Position numbers and translations under genes: made by a program. A stretch of 64,000 nucleotides of DNA, taken from IMG/VR virus record IMGVR_UViG_3300045988_126875; one strand, given 5' to 3'. The notes under the pieces were generated by a model that had not been told where the DNA came from, made no database searches, and was given only the letters and a program-made list of their open reading frames with translations. Source of the DNA: a virus. Below are positions 47,410-56,281 of the stretch, one piece after another (position 1 is the stretch's first letter; each line of letters starts with the position of its first letter).

Positions 47410-48540
47410 TCAATTCATTTCCTTTTGTATCATAAAACGTTTACACCTTGACAGTTTCAATTTCTTGTACGTTATATCCTTCTGTTTTTTACCGTCAATA
47501 TCTCGAATATTAAAACTACCGGTTTTACGCCTTCCTAATATAAAGTAATAACTGTTTTCAAACATAACCCTATCAAACAAACGGAAACCAAAAACTTCAA
47601 AAGGAGATTGATTTAACCTTTTGATTCCTCCTTTTAGAATCTTTTGTTTGTGAATTTGACGATTATGTCTTCTTACTAATCTTACTTTATAATAATATCC
47701 TAACCTTATAGCATCAAAGTTTTTAGAAATAACAAAGGCATCAGAAACATGAGATTTTTCAATGTCGTGATTGATTCTATTATATTTTGTAACATAACCG
47801 AAAGTCATAGAAACTCTATCATATTTAGACTTTAGTTCTTCATACAACCTCCATTTCATGATCCCCATCACGGCTGCGTCGCGAAGCGACTTGCCTCTTC
47901 TGATCTTTAAATCTATATTACCTTTATGGTATTCTTTATGACAAGTTTCACATAAGGTAATAAGATTAGAAGGGGAATCCCCTCCGGTTTTTCGAGACTC
48001 AAGATGATGAACATTCAATACTGGGTCTTTTGACTTTCCTTTACAATACTGGCATTTGTGTCCATCCCTTGCCAAGACATATTCCCTTGTGTTCCAAAAA
48101 CCAAGTTGATCTCCTTCCTGATATTCCTTACCTGATATCTCAGGATTCTTGATCTTTTGGGTATCGAACTGAGCTACTTCAATAACAATACGAGATATTG
48201 GAAGTATAGAACAAACATTGTCAATAACACGAATATGGGCGTCTATTTTGTACCGCACCGAAGGTGCTACCCATCCCGGACGCTCGCTTTTTACTCTGTT
48301 ATTGAAACGAGGTTTTCTATACCTCAATCTATTTCGTCTTGTTCTTCGTAGCTGCCTTCTGGTAGATAAAAGATCTACGATATCATTTCTAAGAATAACT
48401 TCACTGCTGTAAAGTTCTTTGCTTTTCGTCGTTGCTGATAGACCAACGTGTTTAGTACCAGCATCAACGCCTAACACAATTTCTTGTTTGTAATCAGATG
48501 TTACGTACATTAATTTGATGGTAAACGGACATAGGTTCAC
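47410..48540 (-). CDS. iscB: IscB-like RNA-guided nuclease (split RuvC with inserted HNH, Arg-rich bridge helix)
   Basis: RuvC-I IVLGVDAGTKHVGLS; bridge helix RRQLRRTRRNRLRYRKPRF; RuvC-II IVIEVAQFD; HNH CQYC...NVHHLESRK...SNLITLCETCH; RuvC-III HVSDAFVI; C-terminal ~100-aa TID-like domain. Track start is GTG at 48540; in-frame ATG at 48510 is an alternative start. Confidence 0.7.
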   Translation of the reverse strand: MNLCPFTIKLMYVTSDYKQEIVLGVDAGTKHVGLSATTKSKELYSSEVILRNDIVDLLSTRRQLRRTRRNRLRYRKPRFNNRVKSERPGWVAPSVRYKIDAHIRVIDNVCSILPISRIVIEVAQFDTQKIKNPEISGKEYQEGDQLGFWNTREYVLARDGHKCQYCKGKSKDPVLNVHHLESRKTGGDSPSNLITLCETCHKEYHKGNIDLKIRRGKSLRDAAVMGIMKWRLYEELKSKYDRVSMTFGYVTKYNRINHDIEKSHVSDAFVISKNFDAIRLGYYYKVRLVRRHNRQIHKQKILKGGIKRLNQSPFEVFGFRLFDRVMFENSYYFILGRRKTGSFNIRDIDGKKQKDITYKKLKLSRCKRFMIQKEMN

Positions 48541-48875
48541 AACGACTGCCTTTTGTCTTTAAGCAGTCTCCTAACCTTACCATACCTCGTTGTGGGCATC
48601 ATAGGTTTACCATCTATATCCTGTACGTACACCATACTTACAAACGTTTTTAATGTTTATTCAACATAAGTCAGAGTAAAACTCTGTTAGTACCCATCGC
48701 CAATGTTATTTAAGGTTTTTCGTAAGCAACACTATAGCTCGAATACAACCATTGTTTAATCACTTACCTTAGAGCTACGAACTTGGGCAAACATCCGTAG
48801 GTAACTATCTATTCTTAAATAACGTAGTGTTTGTTTCAACACTTAGGCTAATAATCGGAATAGCTTTTGGCTATT
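48541..48875 (-). ncRNA. structured RNA upstream of iscB-like gene, copy B (candidate omega-RNA/HEARO RNA; conserved core 48668-48875)
   Basis: Non-coding 530-nt gap between thyA stop and iscB start; ~210-nt core shares sequence and covarying stems with 18291-18502; proximal part has gactgc/gcagtc hairpin. Confidence 0.45.
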
Positions 48876-49070
48876 ATACATAATACGATACAAATTGTTT
48901 GTGATTTGTATAAGTTATGCATTATTCGCGATTATACGCATCCGAATAAGATCCTTTCCTACATGGAAGTATATTTTCAACAACATAATCAAAACCTCCG
49001 ACATTAACTTCATCGCCGGAACTGATTTCCATAATAGGAATCATTTTGGCTCTTCTATCTATGCTTATTT

Positions 49071-49943
49071 TCATTTAGCTACTTCGAATTTTATTTGCTC
49101 CTTCGGTTCATAATTCCATACCTCAAAATCATCAGCCACAAAATCATAAAATCCTTTCCCTTCCATACGAGACGAGATAGTAACCTGTGGAACCGGGCCG
49201 AAGAGGGATCGACGGAGGAGCTCGTTTGCCTGCTCTTCGTGACGGTCATATACGTGCATATCTTGAATGAAGTGCGTAAAAATAGCCGGCCTTAACCCGG
49301 CGTCGTGAGCGAACATCATCATAAGTGCAGCGTACTGTGTTACATTCCATAGGCCGGCAACAATAGCATCCTGGCTGCGCTGGTAAAGAGTCATATATAA
49401 CTCATCTCCTTTAACAGATAAATTGACCTGAAACGCACATTCTTGAAGAGGTTTTAGTCCATTGGTTTCAGGATCGAACATAGATGCTACTATTCTTCTT
49501 GACGAACGATCATTCTTGAGTGACCAAAGAATGAAGTCTGTTTGGTTAAGAAAACCGTAAAGACCATCATGGATATCTGTCATACCATCTGGAGCTTTTC
49601 CGGTACCCATATAAACATGTCTGTTCACCATATCTCCATAACATCCTTCTATCTTTCCATTATCATCAGCCCACTGATCCCATATATGAAGACCAAGATC
49701 TTTGATATCTACCGATCTTTTTTGCCAAATCCACAATATTTCTTTTATGGAGTTTTTAAGATTAGTAGGTCTAAGTGAACCAAGAGGAAATTCCCGGCGA
49801 AGATCGTACTGGTTACATACTTGTAGGATACGCTTCACCTTGACGCCTGTCCCGTCACCGTAGACCGGTCGCTTTACCTCTTCCCACGGCTGACTCATTA
49901 TAAGAGCCAAATTGTCTTGAAATATTTTATCTACTCGCGACAT
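49071..49943 (-). CDS. thyA: thymidylate synthase family protein (divergent ThyA-like)
   Basis: ThyA-fold motifs: catalytic Cys in LQECAFQ, YQRSQD, QDMHVYDRH; N-terminal substrate region and Asn177-equivalent region diverge from canonical ThyA. Confidence 0.7.
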   Translation of the reverse strand: MSRVDKIFQDNLALIMSQPWEEVKRPVYGDGTGVKVKRILQVCNQYDLRREFPLGSLRPTNLKNSIKEILWIWQKRSVDIKDLGLHIWDQWADDNGKIEGCYGDMVNRHVYMGTGKAPDGMTDIHDGLYGFLNQTDFILWSLKNDRSSRRIVASMFDPETNGLKPLQECAFQVNLSVKGDELYMTLYQRSQDAIVAGLWNVTQYAALMMMFAHDAGLRPAIFTHFIQDMHVYDRHEEQANELLRRSLFGPVPQVTISSRMEGKGFYDFVADDFEVWNYEPKEQIKFEVAK

Positions 49944-49957
49944 AATTATATCTTTTT

Positions 49958-51385
49958 TTATAAATTAAACTCTGCAAAATCTATTTCAGATCCGGTTGAC
50001 AAATTGATCATTGACTTCTCAAGTTCTTCCATTGGGATAGGTTCAACAATTCCTTCGTTTGAAAGTGTTTTATTATAGAAATCAATAACCACCGGATCAC
50101 TTGTCTTTACCGTTTTAGGGATAGGTTGACGAAGATACATTCCGTCCAAGCTTTTCACTCTGGAAAGTGCCGTATATAACTGTCCTGTTTCAAAAGAGTT
50201 CGATACGTCCATCATGGCAGCATCTAACGTAAGACCTTGGCAGCGATGAACAGTTATCGAATAACCAGCTTTTATCGGGTACTGAACAATAGAACCAATA
50301 ACTTCAGATTCTACCTTGTACCCATTTCTGACGTATTTTACTTTATCAAACGAACATGGAATAATAACAACCTTAGTATGTTCTTCATCTTTAGGACGAT
50401 CAAGAACGACTTCAATCTCTCCACTCTTAATAGAAGACACAACGCCGAGAGATCCATTTACATACTCTCCTCCGTTTCTGGTGATCATAACTCTTGACCC
50501 TTCTTTTATAAGAAGCGTCTTTTCAACAGGAGCTTCTTTAGGATAATCACCTTTTATAATAGCTTCGAATTTTCTTAATGATCCAGGAACAGAATTTATT
50601 CTCATTTCATTAATGGCCGTAGCCTTGGCATTAGTCGTAACAATCTCAACATACCCGGCACTATTTTCAGGCTGAATACATCTGCTATTTAACGTACTAA
50701 ACACATCATCGTCCATCTGACCATCACGAACCTTATTAAGGATGCTGATAAATTTCTCATCTTTCTGACGATATATTTTTTCAAAAGACACCATTTCCAT
50801 ACCAGAAGCCATAAGGGACTTAGAGCTGAAGAAATAAGATGTATCGTATATTTCTCTAAAGAAATCTTCTTTGATTACGGGTGGTAACTGAAATAAGTCT
50901 CCTACCATAATAAGTTTCACGCCGCCAAACGGATCCTTGTCGCCTCTTGCACGACGAAGAATGTCCGCAACATTATCAAGAAGATCAGGACGAACCATAG
51001 AAATCTCGTCTATGATAAGATATTTTATATTCTGTAAAATCTTTTCGGATTCTCCTCTGAACTTGTTTTCACAATTGTCCATAAACTTGCCATTCCTTAT
51101 CTCTGGAATGTAAGGTTGCATACCGATTCTGAAAAAAGAATGAATGGTTTGGCCACCTGCATTAACAGCAGCAATACCGGTAGGAGCGACAACAACCGCA
51201 TTTTTTAATGCCGGTATAATACGCTTAAGGAAGTACGTTTTTCCTGTACCTCCTTTTCCCGTAATAAACAGCGGTTTAGGTGACTTACAAATAGACTTAA
51301 TAGCCTTTCCTTGTGCGACATTACCTTCGGACATAACTGAACGAAGAACGCACTCCATGATTTTTTTGTCGTAACTTATAGCCAT
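49958..51385 (-). CDS. SF1 Dda/PIF1/RecD-like helicase
   Basis: Walker A GKGGTGKT, LIIDEISMV (Walker B), GDLFQLPPV (motif III), C-terminal QGLTLD and TALSRV motifs. Confidence 0.75.
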   Translation of the reverse strand: MAISYDKKIMECVLRSVMSEGNVAQGKAIKSICKSPKPLFITGKGGTGKTYFLKRIIPALKNAVVVAPTGIAAVNAGGQTIHSFFRIGMQPYIPEIRNGKFMDNCENKFRGESEKILQNIKYLIIDEISMVRPDLLDNVADILRRARGDKDPFGGVKLIMVGDLFQLPPVIKEDFFREIYDTSYFFSSKSLMASGMEMVSFEKIYRQKDEKFISILNKVRDGQMDDDVFSTLNSRCIQPENSAGYVEIVTTNAKATAINEMRINSVPGSLRKFEAIIKGDYPKEAPVEKTLLIKEGSRVMITRNGGEYVNGSLGVVSSIKSGEIEVVLDRPKDEEHTKVVIIPCSFDKVKYVRNGYKVESEVIGSIVQYPIKAGYSITVHRCQGLTLDAAMMDVSNSFETGQLYTALSRVKSLDGMYLRQPIPKTVKTSDPVVIDFYNKTLSNEGIVEPIPMEELEKSMINLSTGSEIDFAEFNL

Positions 51386-51645
51386 CTTTTTTTTTCTGAT
51401 TTTGTTCTACAAAACAAAAGTATGAAAATAAAATAAAACCTAAAATATAAGATGAATTAATTAGGATTAAAAAGAAATAATAAGTTTTATAAGTGGTTTC
51501 GAATCAGACAGTAATATGGTTTCGTATAGATATGGTTATGGCATAGTGGTGGCTAACGGGTGTTTCCGTCGATGTTCTACGAGATTATCGTTTTTCGGCT
51601 CTGTCGGCGACCGCTAATAACAGACCCTCTCTCAAGTACCAAACA

Positions 51646-53214
51646 TTATAATGATGAATACTGAGATGAAGGGTAAAGATAGGTATCATTATAGAATGAT
51701 AGTTCTTCTAATGGTATATCCTTGAATACAGATTCACCATCTAATTCTTTATCATTATCTACTGTTGTATTAATATTAGGTAATGATTGGATAGATATAT
51801 CCATATTCTCTATCTTTTCCTTAAACTGTTCTGACTTAACATACGTATAGATGTCTTCGCTTACCGATCCCACCGCTTTAGCCATCTCGCCGGCGAACTC
51901 AGCATACATATCCCGTACCTCATTAAAACCTGCCTTTTTGTCAGGGGCGGTATTGTTATAGGATTTCATTCTCCTACTTACCCTACCGCAGACCCCGGCA
52001 ATGGACGTCCCCACCTCAGCGCAGCAGGCTTCTGCATTAGCCATGTCTGCCTTTACTGTGGCTACCTTCTCCTTGCTCCACCCACTAACCTTGTCGTATG
52101 ATTGTTTAAGACAGTTTAAGAACATGTCCATTCTTCGCTTCTTATCTTCTGCTATGATAGCGCGATAGTACTTTCTTATAATTTGGTTTTGTGTACTTCG
52201 CTCATATCCTTCCCAGAAGTCTTTGTGCGCTTCTTTAGCCATAACAGAAGCCAATGACCTTGCTTCTTCTTCTTTTGTCTTTTTACGATCTATGCCAAGG
52301 ATTTCTCCATCTTCGGAAACAACTTCTTCTGCGTTCAGGAAACGTAGGATACGAGTATTGTCTTTTAAGAAGAAATTGAAATCGTCTTTCTTACTCACTT
52401 TTTCTTTTTCTCCTTTCTCTATATCCTTCTCTCCAAAATACCATCTGTTTGTTGCTCCTTTTTTATACAAGGTCCAGGTATTTGCTATTTGCCAGAAAAC
52501 AGCTCCGTGCCTATATACCGGAATCAGCTTACCTATTGGGTAGTTATGTTCGTTTGCTTCAATGTAAGCACGAGGATTATCTACGTATGTTATAAATTGT
52601 ACGTTTTCGAACCTTTTTACGAGCTTGTCTTGTATCGCCATACCGACAATCTCTTTCGCTTTTGTTAGTCCTACATTCAAGTACAATGCAATTGTTTTAT
52701 TACTTATCGTCGAATCGATTAATCCATAATACGAGTGGCTTCCGTCTACGACATCAGCCTGAGAGTTTGTCTCTCCACTGTTCAGTACAGACTCATTGTT
52801 TCTGACTAAATTAACAAACATCGCCTCTCTTATCCTGTCAAGGACTTTTTCATGGTTTGTTATTTCATTTTTCTTTATCTTAATTAAAATCCTATTCTTT
52901 GGAAGATTCACTTTTCCACATCCGAGAGTAAGTTGTACGCCATTAACACGATATCTTCTTGCGACGAACGTACTATCCGTCATACGGAACAGTTCGTTAA
53001 ACATCGGATGTCCTGTCATGTTCTTGAACTTCGAATACCCGATCCCAAGTTTATGAAGAAGATCTTTCTGGTTTTTGAATCTTATTCTCGAATCCCGGCG
53101 GGAGATTTTTATCATACAGTATAAAGCATACAATTCCATGAACAGCGAATCTGATGACCACTGTTCCAAAAGTCTAAGACTTATGTTAATATTTCTACCT
53201 AATTGCAGCTTCAT
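51646..53214 (-). CDS. hypothetical large protein (first gene of leftward module)
   Basis: 522 aa, no confident motif; position next to the strand-switch and helicase is compatible with a replication initiator or regulator. Confidence 0.45.
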   Translation of the reverse strand: MKLQLGRNINISLRLLEQWSSDSLFMELYALYCMIKISRRDSRIRFKNQKDLLHKLGIGYSKFKNMTGHPMFNELFRMTDSTFVARRYRVNGVQLTLGCGKVNLPKNRILIKIKKNEITNHEKVLDRIREAMFVNLVRNNESVLNSGETNSQADVVDGSHSYYGLIDSTISNKTIALYLNVGLTKAKEIVGMAIQDKLVKRFENVQFITYVDNPRAYIEANEHNYPIGKLIPVYRHGAVFWQIANTWTLYKKGATNRWYFGEKDIEKGEKEKVSKKDDFNFFLKDNTRILRFLNAEEVVSEDGEILGIDRKKTKEEEARSLASVMAKEAHKDFWEGYERSTQNQIIRKYYRAIIAEDKKRRMDMFLNCLKQSYDKVSGWSKEKVATVKADMANAEACCAEVGTSIAGVCGRVSRRMKSYNNTAPDKKAGFNEVRDMYAEFAGEMAKAVGSVSEDIYTYVKSEQFKEKIENMDISIQSLPNINTTVDNDKELDGESVFKDIPLEELSFYNDTYLYPSSQYSSL

Positions 53215-53231
53215 AATCTATAACAAAAAAA

Positions 53232-53263
53232 ATCGGATGGATTTTTGGGGATATCCATCCGAT
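53232..53263. terminator. 11-bp perfect inverted-repeat hairpin with flanking A8/T6 runs (bidirectional terminator or attenuator) at module boundary
   Basis: atcggatggat / atccatccgat stems, 10-nt loop; U-run on both strands; ends 10 nt upstream of minus-strand ATG at 53214. Confidence 0.5.
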
Positions 53264-53265
53264 TA

Positions 53266-53533
53266 GTGTCTTTTTTCGTCCGGAAAACTCCAAAATCCCG
53301 TTACAGATTTGAGAAATATAAGAACAAACTAAGACAAGTAATATTTTTTTTATCATAATTTGTTTCTCATACTTTTCTAACCTGTAACGTACAGCAAATA
53401 TAGAAACAAATAATGAATATCAAATAATAAGTTGTTATTTTTTTAATGTTACAGTGCAAATATCGGGACAAATCCTGAATCCATTGTCATAAAATACGTT
53501 AATTTTAAATTTATAAATCCTTAATGCTTATCT
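53266..53533. promoter_or_regulatory. divergent promoter region between leftward and rightward modules
   Basis: AT-rich 270-bp gap with genes diverging on both sides. Confidence 0.5.
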
Positions 53534-53995
53534 TTGTATCAAAACGATAATCTCATGAAAGAAAGTGATAATAAAGATGTTAGTAATAGGGCTTATAGGC
53601 TTTTAGTACCTTATTCCAATACGGTGGATATGGCCAAGAAGATACTTTTGTTTTATAACGGATACTTAATGGCTTCCGGCAATGAGAAGAATGTCATAGA
53701 TGCGAGGCACTTAAATCTTATTGCCTATTATTTTGTGTTTGGATATTCGTATGAGACGAAGAAGAAGTTTTCTCATTGTTTCAGTACCGATCTTCAATAT
53801 GTATCGGTTTTGGATACGGAGATGAAGAAGCGTGGTATTTTGATTGACCGTGAAGGGAATTACAGGACAAGGTGTTTGTGCCCGGATATAGAGAACATGC
53901 GCCGTCTTTTTGTATTGGAGGGTTCAAGAGATCAATGTGCGTTGGTTTCTTTATTTTACAGAAAGAAAACTTTTGAATCAGATGCCGAAGAATGA
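53534..53995 (+). CDS. hypothetical protein
   Basis: 153 aa, first rightward gene. Confidence 0.45.
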   Translation: MYQNDNLMKESDNKDVSNRAYRLLVPYSNTVDMAKKILLFYNGYLMASGNEKNVIDARHLNLIAYYFVFGYSYETKKKFSHCFSTDLQYVSVLDTEMKKRGILIDREGNYRTRCLCPDIENMRRLFVLEGSRDQCALVSLFYRKKTFESDAEE

Positions 53996-54431
53996 TTTCC
54001 CTATATCATTTGAGTCACATATTATAGATGATGTGATGGATAAGACCGGGGGCGTTTACGACCGAAACCAAATACGTGACGTTTTCAGAGCCAGTATTTC
54101 TTATGCCAATAACTTATGTACGTACACAGATAACGTGTCTGTATCGTTCCCGTATGTGGGTGATATGGTTTGTAACCTTCATGAGATGGAGAGGCGAAAA
54201 CACAACCTTGAGCGTCTTAAATCCAAGGTAGAAAAATTATCTAAGTATCAGGAAAAAGAACTTCAGTGTCTTGATATTAAGATAAGGATGATAAAGGATG
54301 CTTATGACTCAGGTGAGATAAAGGGTGGTGATATGTTGATAAAACACAACAAATTATCTATCTTTAAATCTCGTAAGGGTCATAGTTTTAGTGAAATACA
54401 AAATATTCAAGAACAGGAATTTAACAGATAA
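53982..54431 (+). CDS. hypothetical protein (start taken at internal MPKND; track ORF begins 53910)
   Basis: Upstream 86 nt of track ORF overlap previous gene out of frame; internal Met trims overlap to 14 nt. Confidence 0.4.
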   Translation: MPKNDFPISFESHIIDDVMDKTGGVYDRNQIRDVFRASISYANNLCTYTDNVSVSFPYVGDMVCNLHEMERRKHNLERLKSKVEKLSKYQEKELQCLDIKIRMIKDAYDSGEIKGGDMLIKHNKLSIFKSRKGHSFSEIQNIQEQEFNR

Positions 54432-54434
54432 GTT

Positions 54435-55172
54435 ATGAAAAAAATTTTGCAAGCGGAAGTTATATACGATGCTTTTATGGATACGATATTAAAAAAACTT
54501 CCAAGAAAAAAAGAAGATTATCCTGATTGGTACAAGGAACGTCTTGAAAAGTGTGAGGGATGTAAATTCAATACTAAGAACGTCCCTAACTCTATGCTTC
54601 CTCTTTCTTTATACGTAAGCAAGAAAATAGGTAAAAATCGTTGTTCGGTATGTACGTGCTTCATCAAGCAGAAGGCCTGGAGCAAGACAGAGGAGTGTGC
54701 GCTTGGGGAGGGGCTTCCCCGTCCTTCGTGGATGGACCGTCAGTATTCTATTGATTTTTATGATGAGAAGTCAAGATGGAACAGGTTAGAACTTATTACA
54801 ATGGATTCTGATGAATTTAATGTTATTTCTACAGATGACAAGCAATACAATATTGACCTCTCTAAAGACGGTAAATCATTTGAAATCATTTTCGAACCAG
54901 TAGAAAAAGGAAATAGTATAAGGTTTTCATTCGTTCTTGAGTCGAAGCATGATATGAAGATAACAGCATCAGAGACATCTTGTGGTTGTACGTCATCTAA
55001 TTTGAATATCATTGACTCACGTCACTTTAAGTTCAATATAGAGATACATACAGCAGGATTTGGAATAGGAAGATTCGTAAAGCACATGACTATTCACTAT
55101 CAAAAAGATGGGTCTCAAAAAGAGGAATCGATTCCGTTTAATTTTGAAGGTACTATAATTCAAAAAAGTTAA
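54435..55172 (+). CDS. hypothetical protein with N-terminal Cys cluster
   Basis: 245 aa; CEGC...CSVCTC. Confidence 0.45.
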   Translation: MKKILQAEVIYDAFMDTILKKLPRKKEDYPDWYKERLEKCEGCKFNTKNVPNSMLPLSLYVSKKIGKNRCSVCTCFIKQKAWSKTEECALGEGLPRPSWMDRQYSIDFYDEKSRWNRLELITMDSDEFNVISTDDKQYNIDLSKDGKSFEIIFEPVEKGNSIRFSFVLESKHDMKITASETSCGCTSSNLNIIDSRHFKFNIEIHTAGFGIGRFVKHMTIHYQKDGSQKEESIPFNFEGTIIQKS

Positions 55173-55175
55173 GTT

Positions 55176-55457
55176 ATGGGCGGATGTGGTAAAGCAAGGA
55201 ATTTACAATGCGAGGATAAAAGGAAGTCCTTATTTTCTATGTTGCAGGCATCTTGTGACGATCTCCCCGATTATTCTGCCGGGGACATTCTCTATGCCGT
55301 ACTTAGATCTTTTGCAAAGAAAAGAGGATTGTCTGTTTCTTTTTTAAGGACGTTGACAGACAGCGAGCTTTTTGAAGTGGCTGATTATAATTTATCAATG
55401 GAGTTGATGGACGTTATTATTCATGATAAAAAGGTTCTTGATAATGAAGAAGATTGA
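55176..55457 (+). CDS. hypothetical protein
   Basis: 93 aa. Confidence 0.4.
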   Translation: MGGCGKARNLQCEDKRKSLFSMLQASCDDLPDYSAGDILYAVLRSFAKKRGLSVSFLRTLTDSELFEVADYNLSMELMDVIIHDKKVLDNEED

Positions 55458-55965
55458 TTTTGATTCAGATATAAAGCATCTTATTTCTTATTACAACCAT
55501 CTACTGTCTGCGCAAGACAAGGTGGGAGAGGAGATGGAAGATCTAACTAAGGATATTATTAGGAAGAAGGATGAGGAAAACGACATAGAGTTGGAAGACT
55601 TTATTGATTTGGAGGAAAAGTCGTTTATGACCAACTTGTATCAACAAGAGATGCTGAAAGTATCTTCTTCTATAAAGGCAGTTTACAGGTTATCTATTAA
55701 CGCCGGTCATGATCTTAACATAGATGATGGCAGCAAGAAGATTCTTGACAGGATAGTAAACGACGGAGAATCGGATTTTATTATGTACGTTGATAATAAT
55801 ACTGATTCTGTTGCGTTCAAGGAAGAATCTATTGAGGAAGGAATAAAAAACATGTGTAAGTATCGTGTTGATCCATCTTCTCTTGAAGACAGGTTTAATA
55901 TGCTTAAGTCTCAGTATGAGGCTTTTTTAAAAATGGTGAACAATGAAGGTAAGAAAGCCGACTAA
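55423..55965 (+). CDS. hypothetical acidic protein
   Basis: 180 aa. Confidence 0.4.
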   Translation: MIKRFLIMKKIDFDSDIKHLISYYNHLLSAQDKVGEEMEDLTKDIIRKKDEENDIELEDFIDLEEKSFMTNLYQQEMLKVSSSIKAVYRLSINAGHDLNIDDGSKKILDRIVNDGESDFIMYVDNNTDSVAFKEESIEEGIKNMCKYRVDPSSLEDRFNMLKSQYEAFLKMVNNEGKKAD

Positions 55966-56281
55966 CGATGATGTCTCTTACGTAGATCGGAAACTTATTG
56001 TGCTAAGGGATCAGATAGATAAGGCTGAACGTTATCTATCTGAAAACCCTTGGGATAAAATAGAAGATTCAGATAAGAGGGAGAAAGAATTTAGGTTTCA
56101 AAAGAACTTGTCTGATAGCTTAATGCAATGGACTGAATCTTATATTAAGATGTGTGGGATAATGGATGTCTATAATCAGCTTGAGGCTGCCAAAAACAAG
56201 AAGAGCCTAAAAGGAGGACAAACAGTATCAGGCATTCAGTCTTTTGTCAAGAATGAAGCTAAGAACAAGCTCAATAAGTAG
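55943..56281 (+). CDS. hypothetical protein, candidate small terminase subunit by position
   Basis: 112 aa immediately upstream of and overlapping terL. Confidence 0.3.
   Translation: MKVRKPTNDDVSYVDRKLIVLRDQIDKAERYLSENPWDKIEDSDKREKEFRFQKNLSDSLMQWTESYIKMCGIMDVYNQLEAAKNKKSLKGGQTVSGIQSFVKNEAKNKLNK

Noticed and set aside
48895-49113. 72-aa plus-strand ORF overlapping the thyA stop and the region upstream of the RNA element
   Set aside because: Antisense to module direction and overlaps the thyA 3' end; more plausibly part of the promoter/5' region of the candidate omega RNA.
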